Shown: positions 42,641-53,263 of the stretch, one piece after another
Layout: every line of letters starts with the position of its first letter
Numbering within the stretch: position 1 is the stretch's first letter
Source of the DNA: an uncultured bacterium
GTDB lineage: Bacteria; Bacillota_I; Bacilli_A; RFN20; CAG-826
Direction: 5' to 3'
DNA: 64,000 nucleotides
Assembly: GCA_949297445.1 (NCBI GenBank)
Contig: CASFSS010000018.1
Location: 291,884-355,883, forward strand
Position numbers and translations under genes: made by a program
The notes under the pieces: model-generated
Told to the model about the DNA's origin: nothing
Database searches by the model: none
What the model saw: the letters and a program-made list of their open reading frames with translations, nothing else

Positions 42641-42838
42641 ATGAAAATTAAAGAATTTCGTGAATTAACAAACGAAGAATTAGCTGAAAAACTTTATTTG
42701 TTAAAAGAAGAATTATTTAATCTCCGTCGCAAAAAAGCTGTTGGTCAACTTGAGCATGGTGAAGAGGTTCGTCGTGTCCGCAAAGACATCGCTCGCGCTG
42801 AATTAGTTAAGCGTGAACGCGAACTTAATATAAAGTGA
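42641..42838 (+). CDS. rpmC: 50S ribosomal protein L29
   Basis: [16 protein letters not shown]. Confidence 0.97.
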   Translation: MKIKEFRELTNEELAEKLYLLKEELFNLRRKKAVGQLEHGEEVRRVRKDIARAELVKRERELNIK

Positions 42839-42848
42839 GGATAAAAGT

Positions 42849-43187
42849 ATGGAAAGAAATCGTCGTACTACCCTTCAAGGTGTTGTTACTAGTACAAAAA
42901 TGGACAAAACCATTGTTGTCTTAGTCGAAACACACAAAAAGCATCCAAAATATGCTAAACGTGTCAAATATCGTAAAAAATATTATGCGCACGATGAAAA
43001 TAATGTAGCTGGTTTAGGTGATACAGTTACCATCGCTCAATGCCGACCTTTGTCAAAGACAAAACGTTTCCGTCTCGTCAGCGTTGATAAGAAGGCCCAG
43101 GCAAGCATTAAGGCCGCCGAAGCTGAATTGGCTCTCGAAGAGCAAAGCGGTGTTCAATTAACTGAAGAAACAAAGGAGGAAGAATAA
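42849..43187 (+). CDS. rpsQ: 30S ribosomal protein S17 with acidic C-terminal extension
   Basis: [17 protein letters not shown]. Confidence 0.98.
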   Translation: MERNRRTTLQGVVTSTKMDKTIVVLVETHKKHPKYAKRVKYRKKYYAHDENNVAGLGDTVTIAQCRPLSKTKRFRLVSVDKKAQASIKAAEAELALEEQSGVQLTEETKEEE

Positions 43188-43189
43188 GT

Positions 43190-43564
43190 ATGGTTCAAAA
43201 CGAAACAAATCTTGTTGTTGCCGACAATAGTGGCGCACGCAAAGTTCGTGTCTTCCGCCTTGCCGGAGGAGGCAACCGCAAGTCTTCTTCCATCGGTGAC
43301 ATTGTCACTTGCGCTGTCAAAGATGCCATTCCAAATGGCCGTGTCAAAAAGAGCGATATTGTTCGTGGCGTAATTGTTCGTACCAAACACGCAATTAATC
43401 GTCCAGATGGTTCAACCGTCCGCTTCGATGATAACGCCATCGTCTTAATTGATAACGATGGTGCGCCAATCGGCACGCGTGTCTTTGGTCCAGTTGCAAG
43501 AGAACTTCGTGATAAGGGTGAAGGTTTTATGAAAATCATCTCCTTAGCAACCGAGGTATTATAG
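43190..43564 (+). CDS. rplN: 50S ribosomal protein L14
   Basis: [19 protein letters not shown]. Confidence 0.99.
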   Translation: MVQNETNLVVADNSGARKVRVFRLAGGGNRKSSSIGDIVTCAVKDAIPNGRVKKSDIVRGVIVRTKHAINRPDGSTVRFDDNAIVLIDNDGAPIGTRVFGPVARELRDKGEGFMKIISLATEVL

Positions 43565-43575
43565 GAGGCACATGC

Positions 43576-43884
43576 ATGAAAATATTAAAAGGTGATAAAG
43601 TCGTTGTCATCGCCGGCAAAGACAAAGGAAAAGAAGGCATCGTCCAAGCTGTCTATCCTAAAGTTAATAAAGTCGTTGTCGAAGGTGTAAACGTCCATAA
43701 AAAGCACAAAAAACCAACGCAACAAAATCCAGAAGGTAGCGTCGTTGACATGTATGTTCCTATCGACGCCAGCAACGTGGCCCTAGTTGATCCTAAAACT
43801 AAAAAAGCCACCCGCGTTGGCTATCGGATTGAAAAAGATAAAAAGGTGCGTTACGCAAAGCGTAGCGGCAGCAAAATTGGATAA
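43576..43884 (+). CDS. rplX: 50S ribosomal protein L24
   Basis: [15 protein letters not shown]. Confidence 0.98.
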   Translation: MKILKGDKVVVIAGKDKGKEGIVQAVYPKVNKVVVEGVNVHKKHKKPTQQNPEGSVVDMYVPIDASNVALVDPKTKKATRVGYRIEKDKKVRYAKRSGSKIG

Positions 43885-43895
43885 GGAGAGTAAAA

Positions 43896-44606
43896 ATGGC
43901 AGAAGAAAAGAAAACTAAAACAGCAACCAAAACTGCGACTACGGCCAAAAAGACTCCAGCCAAAAAAGCCCCCGCTACCAAAAAGGCTGAAGCACCAAAA
44001 GAAGAAGTTGCTACGCCAAAAAAAGCAGTGAGCAAGCCAAAAAAAGCCCCCGCAAAAGCGGCCGCTCATAACCGTTTGCTCGATAAGTACAACACGCAAG
44101 TAAAACCTCTTATGATGGATAAATATCGTTATACATCCATTATGCAAGTTCCTCATCTTGAGAAAATTGTTATCAATGTCGGTGTTGGCGATGCGCTAAC
44201 TAATCATAAGGCGTTAGAAGATGTCGTGAACGAAATTAGTGTTATTGCTGGTCAACATCCAGTAATTACTAAGGCCAAGAAATCCGTTGCTAGCTTCAAA
44301 CTTCGTGAAGGTCAATCTATCGGCGTCAAAGTTACTTTGCGTGGCATTAGAATGTATGAATTCCTTGATAAATTAATGTCAATTGCCCTTCCTCGTGTTC
44401 GTGACTTCCGTGGTGTAAGTCGCAATGCTTTCGATGGACATGGCAATTATACGTTAGGTATCAAAGAACAATTGATTTTCCCAGAAATTGATTATGACAA
44501 GGTCAACAAGTTCCGCGGAATGGATGTTGTTATCGTCACAACGGCGTTGACTGACGATGAGGCATTCTCGCTATTAGAGGCGCTTGGGATGCCTTTCCAT
44601 CGCTAG
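43896..44606 (+). CDS. rplE: 50S ribosomal protein L5 with Lys/Ala/Pro-rich N-terminal extension
   Basis: [26 protein letters not shown]. Confidence 0.98.
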   Translation: MAEEKKTKTATKTATTAKKTPAKKAPATKKAEAPKEEVATPKKAVSKPKKAPAKAAAHNRLLDKYNTQVKPLMMDKYRYTSIMQVPHLEKIVINVGVGDALTNHKALEDVVNEISVIAGQHPVITKAKKSVASFKLREGQSIGVKVTLRGIRMYEFLDKLMSIALPRVRDFRGVSRNAFDGHGNYTLGIKEQLIFPEIDYDKVNKFRGMDVVIVTTALTDDEAFSLLEALGMPFHR

Positions 44607-44617
44607 GAGGAATTATT

Positions 44618-44803
44618 ATGGCTAAAGTAAGTAAAAAGATTAGTGCCGCTCGTCCAAAAAAGTTCAAGGTGCGTGAATATACACGTTGCCAACGTTGCGG
44701 CCGTCCACATTCCGTATATAGCAAATTCAAATTGTGCCGAATTTGTTTACGCGAACTTGCGTATAAGGGTGAAATCCCAGGCATGAAAAAATCATCTTGG
44801 TAA
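44618..44803 (+). CDS. rpsN: 30S ribosomal protein S14 (zinc-binding type Z)
   Basis: RCQRCGR...LCRIC, KSSW; 61 aa. Confidence 0.98.
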   Translation: MAKVSKKISAARPKKFKVREYTRCQRCGRPHSVYSKFKLCRICLRELAYKGEIPGMKKSSW

Positions 44804-44818
44804 GGAGGTATAAACAAA

Positions 44819-45208
44819 ATGACAGATCCAATTGCCGATATGTTAACTCGCATTCGTAACGCTAATCAATTGCGTTACGCGAGCGTTAAAATGCCTTCTA
44901 GCAAGATGAAAGTTGAAATTGCAAAGATTTTGCTCGAAGAAGGCTTTATTCTCGACTACAAAGTAGAGGGTAATGTGAAAAAAGAATTAACAATTTCATT
45001 AAAATATGGTCCGCAAGGTGAAAGAGTCATCTCCGGACTAAAGAAAATTTCTAAACCCGGTTTACGTGTTAATGTTGGTGTCGATAAATTGCCACGTGTT
45101 TTAAAGGGATTAGGAATTGCAATTATTTCAACAAGCAAAGGAGTTGTAAGCGATAAAGTTGCCCGTACGCTTGGCGTCGGTGGCGAAGTTCTCGCTTACG
45201 TGTGGTAA
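44819..45208 (+). CDS. rpsH: 30S ribosomal protein S8
   Basis: [21 protein letters not shown]. Confidence 0.99.
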   Translation: MTDPIADMLTRIRNANQLRYASVKMPSSKMKVEIAKILLEEGFILDYKVEGNVKKELTISLKYGPQGERVISGLKKISKPGLRVNVGVDKLPRVLKGLGIAIISTSKGVVSDKVARTLGVGGEVLAYVW

Positions 45209-45210
45209 TT

Positions 45211-45750
45211 ATGTCACGTATCGGATTAAAAGTAGTTAATTTGCCAGCAGGCGTTACTGTTACCCAAGAAGGTGACGTTTTAACTGTCAAAGGTCCTCGT
45301 GGCGTTGATGCAGTTAAAGTTCCACACCTCATTCATGCCCATATCGACGAGCATGATGTGCGTTTTACTCGCGAAAATGATATGAAAGCAACCAAACAAT
45401 TACACGGCACTACTAGAGCTAATTTCCACAATGCTGTCGTTGGTGTTACCCAAGGATATAAAAAGGAATTAGAGTTAGTCGGTATTGGTTATCGTGCTCA
45501 AATGCGCGGTAAAGACCTCGTGCTTTTTGTTGGTTACTCGCATGAAGTAGTTATTACTCCTGAAGAAGGAGTTGTCATTACAACCAAATCGCCGACAGAA
45601 ATTACTGTTGAAGGTAATGATAAGCAAGCTGTTGGACAAACAGCGGCCCGTATTCATAGAACTCGTGAACCTGAACCATATAACGGAAAAGGTGTCTTAT
45701 ACAAAGGTGAGCACATTATCCGTAAAGAAGGTAAGCGAGCCGGTAAGTAG
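45211..45750 (+). CDS. rplF: 50S ribosomal protein L6
   Basis: MSRIG, GIGYRA, PEPYNGKG. Confidence 0.98.
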   Translation: MSRIGLKVVNLPAGVTVTQEGDVLTVKGPRGVDAVKVPHLIHAHIDEHDVRFTRENDMKATKQLHGTTRANFHNAVVGVTQGYKKELELVGIGYRAQMRGKDLVLFVGYSHEVVITPEEGVVITTKSPTEITVEGNDKQAVGQTAARIHRTREPEPYNGKGVLYKGEHIIRKEGKRAGK

Positions 45751-45765
45751 TAGGAGGAGCTCTAT

Positions 45766-46122
45766 ATGATTAAAAAAGAAGCTAAAAATACCGTTCGTCT
45801 TCGTAAGCACGCTCGTGTTCGCGAAAAAATTTCCGGTGAAAAAGGATGCCCTCGTCTATGCGTCTTCCGCTCCAATAAGCATATTGAAGTGCAAGCCATT
45901 GACGATGTTAAGGGTGTGACGCTTGCTAGCGCTTCCTCCGTTGCTCTTCATTTAGAAAATGGTTCTAATGTTGAAGCGGCTAAATTAGTCGGTGAAGATA
46001 TGGCTAAAAAATTAAAAGCTTTAAAAATCAAAGAGGCTGTCTTTGATCGTGGTGGTTATCTTTATCACGGTCGCGTCGCTGCCTTGGCCGAAGCGATTCG
46101 TCAAGGTGGAATCAAATTTTAA
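45766..46122 (+). CDS. rplR: 50S ribosomal protein L18
   Basis: PRLCVFRSNK, FDRGGYLYHGRV. Confidence 0.99.
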   Translation: MIKKEAKNTVRLRKHARVREKISGEKGCPRLCVFRSNKHIEVQAIDDVKGVTLASASSVALHLENGSNVEAAKLVGEDMAKKLKALKIKEAVFDRGGYLYHGRVAALAEAIRQGGIKF

Positions 46123-46134
46123 GGAGATATGATT

Positions 46135-46728
46135 ATGGCAGACGAAAAAGAAAATGTAACAAAAGTAGAAGAAACTGTTGCTTCTAAAAAAGATGATCGT
46201 CGTCCACGACGCGCTCATGAAGGTGATAATAAAGGTGGCGAACGTCGTCGTCGTCCACGTCCTCAAGAAGTTAAAGAGTTTGAGGAAACTGTTGTTGAAA
46301 TCAACCGCATTTCTAAAACGGTTCAAGGCGGTCGTCGAATGAAGTTTTCCGCCCTTGTAGTTGTCGGCAACAAAAAAGGCAAATATGGATTTGCTATGTG
46401 CAAGGCTAGCGAAGTTCCCGACGCTATTAAAAAAGCTTTGGAAAAAGCTAAAAAGCACACCTTCACCATCCCGATTGCTAAAGGTGATACCATCCCCCAT
46501 GAAGTTCTTGGTGAATTTGGAGCTAGTAAAGTGTTCTTAAAGCCAGCTCCAGAAGGAACCGGAATTATTGCCGGTGGACCAGTTCGTGCTATTCTTGAAC
46601 TTGCTGGTATTCGCAATGTTGTTTCAAAAGTTTACGGCTCAAGAGCGGCCGTCAATGTCGTCAAGGCTTCCCATGAAGGCTTGCGTAATTTAAAATCTTA
46701 TACGAAGGTCCAATCGCTTCGTAAATAA
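46135..46728 (+). CDS. rpsE: 30S ribosomal protein S5
   Basis: [22 protein letters not shown]. Confidence 0.98.
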   Translation: MADEKENVTKVEETVASKKDDRRPRRAHEGDNKGGERRRRPRPQEVKEFEETVVEINRISKTVQGGRRMKFSALVVVGNKKGKYGFAMCKASEVPDAIKKALEKAKKHTFTIPIAKGDTIPHEVLGEFGASKVFLKPAPEGTGIIAGGPVRAILELAGIRNVVSKVYGSRAAVNVVKASHEGLRNLKSYTKVQSLRK

Positions 46729-46741
46729 TAGGAGGTTAAAA

Positions 46742-47182
46742 ATGAAACTTAATGAACTTTCCTATCAAAAAGGTGCAAAACGTCCTGCAAAACGTGTTGG
46801 CCGTGGACTAGGTTCTGGCTTAGGCAAAAACGGTGGCAGCGGTAACAAAGGACAAAACTCGAGAAGTGGTGGCGGTGTCCGCCTTGGCTTTGAAGGCGGT
46901 CAAAACCCAATTTATCGTCGTTTACCAAAGTTTGGTTTTACCAATCACGCGCATAAAACCTACGCGATTGTCAATGTGTCTTCTTTAAATAAATTTGAAG
47001 ATGGCACCGTCGTTAATAGCGCTTTATTGGTCGATGCCGGTTTAGTTAAAAAAGAATGCGACGGTATCAAAATTTTAGGAAATGGCACATTGACTAAAAA
47101 GTTAACTGTGCAAGCGAATAAATTCTCTAAGAGTGCCTTAGAAATTATTAATAATGCTGGTGGTAAAGCCGAGGTTTTATAA
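46742..47182 (+). CDS. rplO: 50S ribosomal protein L15
   Basis: [19 protein letters not shown]. Confidence 0.99.
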   Translation: MKLNELSYQKGAKRPAKRVGRGLGSGLGKNGGSGNKGQNSRSGGGVRLGFEGGQNPIYRRLPKFGFTNHAHKTYAIVNVSSLNKFEDGTVVNSALLVDAGLVKKECDGIKILGNGTLTKKLTVQANKFSKSALEIINNAGGKAEVL

Positions 47183-47184
47183 AG

Positions 47185-48552
47185 ATGAAGCAGATTATTG
47201 CCGTATTTAAAAACAAGGAAATCGTCAATCGTATCTTCTTCACTATTATGATGCTCCTCATTTTGCGCATTGGAGCAGCTATTACCGTCCCTGGCGTTTC
47301 AACAACCAGCGACTTAGATGAAGCATTAAGTGGCGCTAACGCCGTTGCCTTGATGGATTTGCTTGGTGGTGGTGCATTGTCGAATTTTTCGATTTTTGCT
47401 CTTGGTGTTTCACCTTATATTACCGCACAGATTATTATTCAATTATTGTCAAAAGATGTTTTGCCAGCTTTGACTGAACTCACGCGTCAAGGACAATACG
47501 GTCGCAAAAAAATTGAAATGGCGACTCGCTATTTGACCTTGTTATTAGGAGCAGTGCAAGCTTATGGCATCATTATGACAATGGAAAATAGTGAATATAT
47601 TACCATTAATCTAGAAACTAATTTCTGGACTTATGCCTATATTATTACTATTTTGCTCGGTGGAGCTATGCTCGTTATGTGGATTGGTGACCAAATTACT
47701 GTGAAAGGTTTAGGCAATGGTATTTCTGTCGTTATTTTTGCCGGTATTGTTCGTTCATTACCAGTTCAAATATCATCCGCTTATTCAATGTGGATTTCTA
47801 ATTCACAAGGCCACGGTGCGAACGAAGTTATTAAAGGATCTCTGCAATTTTCTGCCTATGTGATTGCTTTAATTTTGATTGTTGCCTTCGTGACGTTCAT
47901 CGAATTGGCAAAGCGCAAAATCCCTGTTCAACATAGTGGAAAAAGTGGTGGACAAACCGCATCGATGTCGCGGGCGTCCTTCTTGCCAATTAAACTTAAC
48001 TCAGCAGGAGTAATTCCAGTTATTTTTGCCAGTTCCATTATGCTTGCGCCAAGCGTCATCGCTAGTTTCTTTACCGATGATTTATCGGCCAATTGGCTGA
48101 GTATATTCTCTTATTCTTCCATGACTCAAATGCCGTGGTTTGATGGATCCACTTGGGGAATGCCTTGGGGATTACTTATCTATATCACTTTGATTATCTT
48201 GTTTACTTTCTTCTATTCTTCGATTCAAATTTCGCCAGAAACTCTTGCCGAAAATTTCCGTAAGAATGGTTCTTACATTCCTGGAATTCGCCCCGGCAAC
48301 GAAACTGAACGTTATGTTAAGAAAGTAGTTAATAGAGTTACTTGTATCGGTGCTCTCGCTTTGACGTTTATTGCGGCCTTGCCGGTCGTCTTAACATTAT
48401 CTGGCATCTTTGGTAGCAATTCTTCGTTAGCTATCGGTGGTACTGGTCTTATCATCGCGGTTGGCGTTTCAATTGAAATCAAGAATCAAATTAGTGGTCT
48501 TCTTGCTGGCAAAACATTTGATGAAGTGCAAGCGACCGCAGGAAGGAGTTAA
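47185..48552 (+). CDS. secY: Preprotein translocase SecY
   Basis: FSIFALGVSPYITAQII, GLGNGIS, AGVIPVIFA, IPGIRPG. Confidence 0.98.
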   Translation: MKQIIAVFKNKEIVNRIFFTIMMLLILRIGAAITVPGVSTTSDLDEALSGANAVALMDLLGGGALSNFSIFALGVSPYITAQIIIQLLSKDVLPALTELTRQGQYGRKKIEMATRYLTLLLGAVQAYGIIMTMENSEYITINLETNFWTYAYIITILLGGAMLVMWIGDQITVKGLGNGISVVIFAGIVRSLPVQISSAYSMWISNSQGHGANEVIKGSLQFSAYVIALILIVAFVTFIELAKRKIPVQHSGKSGGQTASMSRASFLPIKLNSAGVIPVIFASSIMLAPSVIASFFTDDLSANWLSIFSYSSMTQMPWFDGSTWGMPWGLLIYITLIILFTFFYSSIQISPETLAENFRKNGSYIPGIRPGNETERYVKKVVNRVTCIGALALTFIAALPVVLTLSGIFGSNSSLAIGGTGLIIAVGVSIEIKNQISGLLAGKTFDEVQATAGRS

Positions 48553-48557
48553 TTTAG

Positions 48558-49226
48558 ATGGCATTAAATATTGTTTTAATGGGTCCTCCTGGTGCTGGTA
48601 AAGGGACCCAAGCCAAAAAAATTATCCAAGCATATGCTATCCCTCATATTTCAACTGGCGATATGTTTCGCTTAGCGATTAAAGAGGGAACTAAACTTGG
48701 GCTTGTTGCCAAAAGTTACATCGATAAAGGCGATTTGGTTCCTGACGATGTCACTATCGGTTTAGTCAAAGAGCGTTTGGCGATGGATGATTGTAAAAAA
48801 GGTTATCTCCTCGATGGCTTTCCTAGGACAATTCCTCAGGCAGAAGCCTTGGAGGTCTTATCTAAAGAAATTGGCCGCGAAGTTAGTTTAGTTATCGACA
48901 TTGAAGTCGAGAAAAAGGAACTAATTCGCCGCATCGCTGGCCGACGCGTTTGTAAAAATTGTGGCGCGCCTTATCATGTCGATACTGCAAAACCAAAAGT
49001 TGAAGGAGTGTGCGACATCTGTGGCGGTCCGCTTTATCAGCGTTTAGATGATAACGAAGCGGCTTTGGAAGTGCGTCTTACCCACTATGAAGAAGACACT
49101 AAACCTTTATTGGACTTTTACAAAAAGACCGGTAAATTAGTTGTTTTAGATGGTGGCGAAGGTAGCGACAGACTATTTGAAAAGATCACTTCTATTTTAG
49201 GCGAGGTAAGTGATGATAATCATTAA
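48558..49226 (+). CDS. adk: Adenylate kinase
   Basis: GPPGAGKGTQ, LDGFPRT, zinc lid CxxC...CxxC. Confidence 0.99.
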   Translation: MALNIVLMGPPGAGKGTQAKKIIQAYAIPHISTGDMFRLAIKEGTKLGLVAKSYIDKGDLVPDDVTIGLVKERLAMDDCKKGYLLDGFPRTIPQAEALEVLSKEIGREVSLVIDIEVEKKELIRRIAGRRVCKNCGAPYHVDTAKPKVEGVCDICGGPLYQRLDDNEAALEVRLTHYEEDTKPLLDFYKKTGKLVVLDGGEGSDRLFEKITSILGEVSDDNH

Positions 49227-49962
49227 GTCGCCACGCGAAATCGAGCTCATGAAGGAAGCCGGACGGGTTGTTGCCCTCGTCTTTGAAGAAATTAAAGATA
49301 AAATTCGTCCCGGCCTTTCAACGCTTGATATCGCCAATATGTGTGAAGAGGTAATTCGCCGTAATGGCGCTACCCCGACGTTCTTAAATTACAACGGATT
49401 TAAGGGCGCTGTCTGTGTCAGCATCAATGAAGAGCTAGTCCATGGAATTCCTTCTAGCAAGCGAATTCTAAAAGAAGGAGACATCGTCTCTATTGATGTG
49501 GGCGCAACTAAACACGGCTACGTTGGTGATGCATGCCGTACATATCCAGTAGGCATCGTTACAAAAGAGGCTGCTGACTTAATCAAAACTACGGAAGAAA
49601 GCTTCTTTAACGCCTGTTCCATCATCAAAGAAGGGATTCATCTAGGTGATGTTTCAAACGCCATTCAAGCTTATTGTGAAGAGCGTGGATATTCCTTGCC
49701 AAGAGAATATACTGGACATGGTGTTGGTCGAGCGCTTCACGAAGATCCATATATTCCAAATGTTGGCGTTAAGGGCAGTGGTCCAATCTTAAAAGAGGGC
49801 ATGTGTCTAGCAATCGAGCCGATGGTCGCTATGGGGAAACCCATGGTGAAAGTCGGGCGCGATGGCTGGGTAGCAAGAATGAAAGACGGTAAGCTTTCGT
49901 GCCATTATGAAAATTCCATCGTCGTGACGAAAGATGGCTACGAAATCTTGACGAAGGTGTAA
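49213..49962 (+). CDS. map: Methionine aminopeptidase type I
   Basis: VHGIP, GHGVG, HEDP, AIEPM, HYENS. Confidence 0.98.
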   Translation: MIIIKSPREIELMKEAGRVVALVFEEIKDKIRPGLSTLDIANMCEEVIRRNGATPTFLNYNGFKGAVCVSINEELVHGIPSSKRILKEGDIVSIDVGATKHGYVGDACRTYPVGIVTKEAADLIKTTEESFFNACSIIKEGIHLGDVSNAIQAYCEERGYSLPREYTGHGVGRALHEDPYIPNVGVKGSGPILKEGMCLAIEPMVAMGKPMVKVGRDGWVARMKDGKLSCHYENSIVVTKDGYEILTKV

Positions 49963-49968
49963 CAAAAT

Positions 49969-50190
49969 ATGGTAAAAGCTGATGTCTTTGAAGTAGAGGC
50001 GACCGTCGTTGAAAAGTTGCCTAACGCAATGTTCAATGTTCGTTTATCTAATGGTGTCACCATCATTGCCCACGTTTCTGGTAAAATCCGTATGAATTAC
50101 ATTCGCATCTTACCAGGTGATCGGGTGACCGTAGAAATCTCGCCCTACGACTTAACACGTGGACGTATCACATATCGATACAAAAATTAG
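49969..50190 (+). CDS. infA: Translation initiation factor IF-1
   Basis: [21 protein letters not shown]. Confidence 0.99.
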   Translation: MVKADVFEVEATVVEKLPNAMFNVRLSNGVTIIAHVSGKIRMNYIRILPGDRVTVEISPYDLTRGRITYRYKN

Positions 50191-50225
50191 TGGTTCCATA
50201 AAACCACCAAGGAGGATTCATTTTT

Positions 50226-50339
50226 ATGAAAGTAAGACCCTCAGTAAAACCTATGTGCGATAAGTGCAAAGTGATTCGCCGCCATGGCAAAGTCATGGTA
50301 ATCTGTCCTAATCCTAAGCACAAACAACGCCAAGGCTAA
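50226..50339 (+). CDS. rpmJ: 50S ribosomal protein L36 (not in ORF track)
   Basis: Manual translation [45 protein letters not shown]. Confidence 0.99.
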   Translation: MKVRPSVKPMCDKCKVIRRHGKVMVICPNPKHKQRQG

Positions 50340-50358
50340 ATTATAGGAGGAAACAAAT

Positions 50359-50736
50359 TTGGCACGTATTGTTGGAGTCGATATTCCAAACGACAAACGC
50401 GTTGTAATTTCTCTTACCTACATCTATGGTATTGGAAATTCCATTGCGAAAAAAATATGTCAAGACGCGAAAGTTGATGAAAATATTCGCGTTAAAAATT
50501 TAAGTGAAGAACAAATGAACCGCATTCGTGCGGAAATCGCCAAATACAAAGTGGAAGGTGATTTACGCCGAGAAGTCGCTTTAAATATTAAGCGTCTTTC
50601 TGAAATCGGTTGTTATCGTGGCATTCGCCATCGTCGCGGATTACCTGTGCGAGGTCAACGCACGCGTACAAACGCTCGTACTCGCAAGGGCAAAGCCAAG
50701 ACAATTGCGAATAAGAAGAAAGCTTCACAAGGTTAA
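50359..50736 (+). CDS. rpsM: 30S ribosomal protein S13 (TTG start)
   Basis: [23 protein letters not shown]. Confidence 0.99.
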   Translation: MARIVGVDIPNDKRVVISLTYIYGIGNSIAKKICQDAKVDENIRVKNLSEEQMNRIRAEIAKYKVEGDLRREVALNIKRLSEIGCYRGIRHRRGLPVRGQRTRTNARTRKGKAKTIANKKKASQG

Positions 50737-50752
50737 AGGAGGTTAAATTAAT

Positions 50753-51142
50753 ATGGCTACTAAGTCAACAACGCGCAAAAAAAGAGTAAAACGCGCATAT
50801 ACAAAAGGCATGGCTCATGTTCATAGCACCTTCAATAACACGATCGTTACCATCTCTGATGAGGCTGGTAATGTTATCGCGTGGAGCTCGGCTGGAGCAT
50901 TAGGCTATAAGGGCGCTAAAAAATCCACTCCTTTTGCCGCTCAAATGGCTGGCGAAGCTGCTGGTAAGATGGCTTTTGATCAAGGCTTAAGAACCGTTGA
51001 TGTCAATGTCAAAGGACCTGGCCCTGGTCGGGAAAGCGCCATTCGTGCTTTGTCGGTTGCTGGTTTACAAGTTCTTTCCATCACCGATACGACACCCATT
51101 CCACATAATGGTTGCCGTCCGCCAAAAAGACCAAGACGCTAG
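50753..51142 (+). CDS. rpsK: 30S ribosomal protein S11
   Basis: [17 protein letters not shown]. Confidence 0.99.
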   Translation: MATKSTTRKKRVKRAYTKGMAHVHSTFNNTIVTISDEAGNVIAWSSAGALGYKGAKKSTPFAAQMAGEAAGKMAFDQGLRTVDVNVKGPGPGRESAIRALSVAGLQVLSITDTTPIPHNGCRPPKRPRR

Positions 51143-51157
51143 ATAGGAGGAAAGAAA

Positions 51158-52132
51158 ATGGCAAAATTAGCAAATCCATTTGAACGAAGCAGTTTCAAAG
51201 TATCCGCTCTTGACGAGAAGGATAATTATGGAAAATTCGTCATCGAACCACTCGATCGTGGCTATGGCTTAACATTAGGCAATTCCTTGCGCCGCGTTTT
51301 ACTTTCTTCTTTACCAGGCGCTTCTATCTATGCGGTAGAAGTCGAAGGTGCTCGTCATGAATTCAGCGCGTTAAAAGGCGTCGTTGAAGATGTCACAGGC
51401 ATCATTTTGAACTTAAAAGATTTAGTGCTTATTATCGATGATGATGATAACGCACCTAAACGCCTCGAAATTGATGTTAAAGGTCCAAAAGTTGTCAAAG
51501 CAAGCGACATTATTTTGCCAGCTTTTGTTACGGTCGTTAATCCTGATTTAGAGATTGTCCATGTCGCTGAAGGTGGCGAATTTAAGATGACCATGTACGC
51601 TAGGAATGGTCGGGGCTATGTAACAAGCGAAGGAAATAAGATGGACCGCGCTTCGCGCCCGGTCGGCATTATTTCTACTGACTCCAATTACTCCCCTGTT
51701 ACCAAAGTTAGCTATTTGGTTGAACCAACTCGTGTTGGTCACGATTCTCGCTACGACAAGTTGACAATCGAAATTTGGACGAACGGTTCTATTCGCCCCC
51801 AAAGCGCTATCGCTTTAGCGGCTGAAATGCTCATCGTCAATTTAAAACCCTTTGCCGAACTAGAAAAGACAGTTGAAGAAATCAACATGGTCAAAGAAGA
51901 GGTTGTCACGACTGAAAATAAATTTGAAGGCATGACAATCGAAGAACTCGATTTATCGGTTCGTAGTTATAACTGCTTGAAAAGAGCGGCTATTTCGACC
52001 GTCAACGAATTGACGCAAAAAACCGAAGAAGAAATGATGAAAGTTCGTAATTTAGGCAAAAAATCACTCAAGGAAGTTAAGGAAAAACTCGCAGAAATCG
52101 GTTTATCTTTCCGCGATAATATTCCAGAATAA
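51158..52132 (+). CDS. rpoA: RNA polymerase alpha subunit
   Basis: EPLDRGYGLTLGNSLRR, LSVRSYNCLKR. Confidence 0.99.
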   Translation: MAKLANPFERSSFKVSALDEKDNYGKFVIEPLDRGYGLTLGNSLRRVLLSSLPGASIYAVEVEGARHEFSALKGVVEDVTGIILNLKDLVLIIDDDDNAPKRLEIDVKGPKVVKASDIILPAFVTVVNPDLEIVHVAEGGEFKMTMYARNGRGYVTSEGNKMDRASRPVGIISTDSNYSPVTKVSYLVEPTRVGHDSRYDKLTIEIWTNGSIRPQSAIALAAEMLIVNLKPFAELEKTVEEINMVKEEVVTTENKFEGMTIEELDLSVRSYNCLKRAAISTVNELTQKTEEEMMKVRNLGKKSLKEVKEKLAEIGLSFRDNIPE

Positions 52133-52144
52133 TAGGAGGTCAAA

Positions 52145-52540
52145 ATGGCTAGTCAAGGTCGTAAAAATGTTCATGGTAAAGCTGGTGTTCGTTTTAAAGC
52201 CGGCTATACGAAGAGCAAACATGAAAATAAATTAAGAACCCTCGTCACCGATTTGATCATCCATGAAAAAGTGACGGTTACAAGCGGTGTCGCCCAAGAC
52301 TTAAAAACCTTAGCAGACCGCATGATTACGCTCGCTAAGCGCGGTGATTTACACGCTCGTAGGCAAGCTGCCAGCGTGCTAAGAAAAGTTATGGCGGATG
52401 AAAATCGCACAGCTCTTGATAAGTTATTTGCGGAAATTGGTCCTCGTTACCAAAGCCGTAATGGTGGCTATACGCGTGCTATTAAAGCAAATGTCCGTCG
52501 CGGTGATAACGCTCAACTTGTAATTATCGAATTGGTGTAA
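52145..52540 (+). CDS. rplQ: 50S ribosomal protein L17
   Basis: DLHARRQA, RNGGYTR, RRGDNA; N-terminus divergent. Confidence 0.96.
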   Translation: MASQGRKNVHGKAGVRFKAGYTKSKHENKLRTLVTDLIIHEKVTVTSGVAQDLKTLADRMITLAKRGDLHARRQAASVLRKVMADENRTALDKLFAEIGPRYQSRNGGYTRAIKANVRRGDNAQLVIIELV

Positions 52541-52568
52541 TTTATTAATTAATTTATTAATTATTTTT

Positions 52569-52597
52569 AAGGGATCATTTGATCCCTTTTCTTTTTT
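52569..52597 (+). terminator. Rho-independent terminator of ribosomal superoperon
   Basis: AAGGGATC-ATTT-GATCCCTT followed by T-rich tract. Confidence 0.85.
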
Positions 52598-52756
52598 CAA
52601 TTTTGCTTGTCAAAAATCACATTTTCTTTTTTTAATAGTTGTTATAATGAAATCAAGGAAGTGATTACTGAAAATTTAAATTATTTTTATTAACTTTGTC
52701 TATATTTTAGATATTTGTTTTGGATGTTTTGTTAATTTTGGAGGCGATTTAGCTCT

Positions 52757-53263
52757 ATGAAAACACTAATAATCAAAAAACTATTGCCAATATTCTTGCT
52801 AAATATTGTCTTTTTAACTGGCTGCGACAATGGTCCAGTTATTTCAAACAAGAGGGTCTTTTATGAATCATCATCTTTCGAATTGGTGAGCGAACGGCCA
52901 ATTGACAAAATGGAACTATCTGTCGTCGAGGCATATCACGATGGTGAATTATACTCAACTCGCCCAGAATATTTCTGTCTTTATGAGACAGTAGCATCAA
53001 AAGAAAATGTTTATAAATTATATATTTCTTCTTATGACTATTCTTATACAAATCAGCTTGAAGCAGCCAATAAATATTATATTTATACCTTTTCCGATCA
53101 AAAAGAAAGCTGGCCAATATATTGTTATTTAGAATTGGAAATTGAATTTGAGGATAATCAAGCGAGCGTTACTTTCACTTCAATTGACAATCAATATCTA
53201 TTTCGTTCTTCACGAGATCCTTGGCAATTACCAACCGCATTTTATAAGGAGGCAAGCAAATGA
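52757..53263 (+). CDS. Hypothetical lipoprotein
   Basis: Lipobox LTGC; SD GGAGG. Confidence 0.7.
   Translation: MKTLIIKKLLPIFLLNIVFLTGCDNGPVISNKRVFYESSSFELVSERPIDKMELSVVEAYHDGELYSTRPEYFCLYETVASKENVYKLYISSYDYSYTNQLEAANKYYIYTFSDQKESWPIYCYLELEIEFEDNQASVTFTSIDNQYLFRSSRDPWQLPTAFYKEASK

Noticed and set aside
43896..44070. Repetitive DNA at the start of rplE as a repeat array
   Set aside because: Explained by Lys/Ala/Pro-rich coding sequence; no spacer-repeat structure
38342..46616. Long antisense and alternate-frame ORFs within ribosomal genes (e.g. 38342-38824, 46021-46500)
   Set aside because: Shadow ORFs from codon bias; no motifs or initiation signals
50191..50208. Small hairpin GTGGTT/AACCAC between infA and rpmJ
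   Set aside because: Six-bp stem with no U-tract; insufficient evidence for a regulatory element
51142..51158. rpsD absent from the alpha operon
   Set aside because: Normal arrangement in Bacilli, where rpsD is located elsewhere
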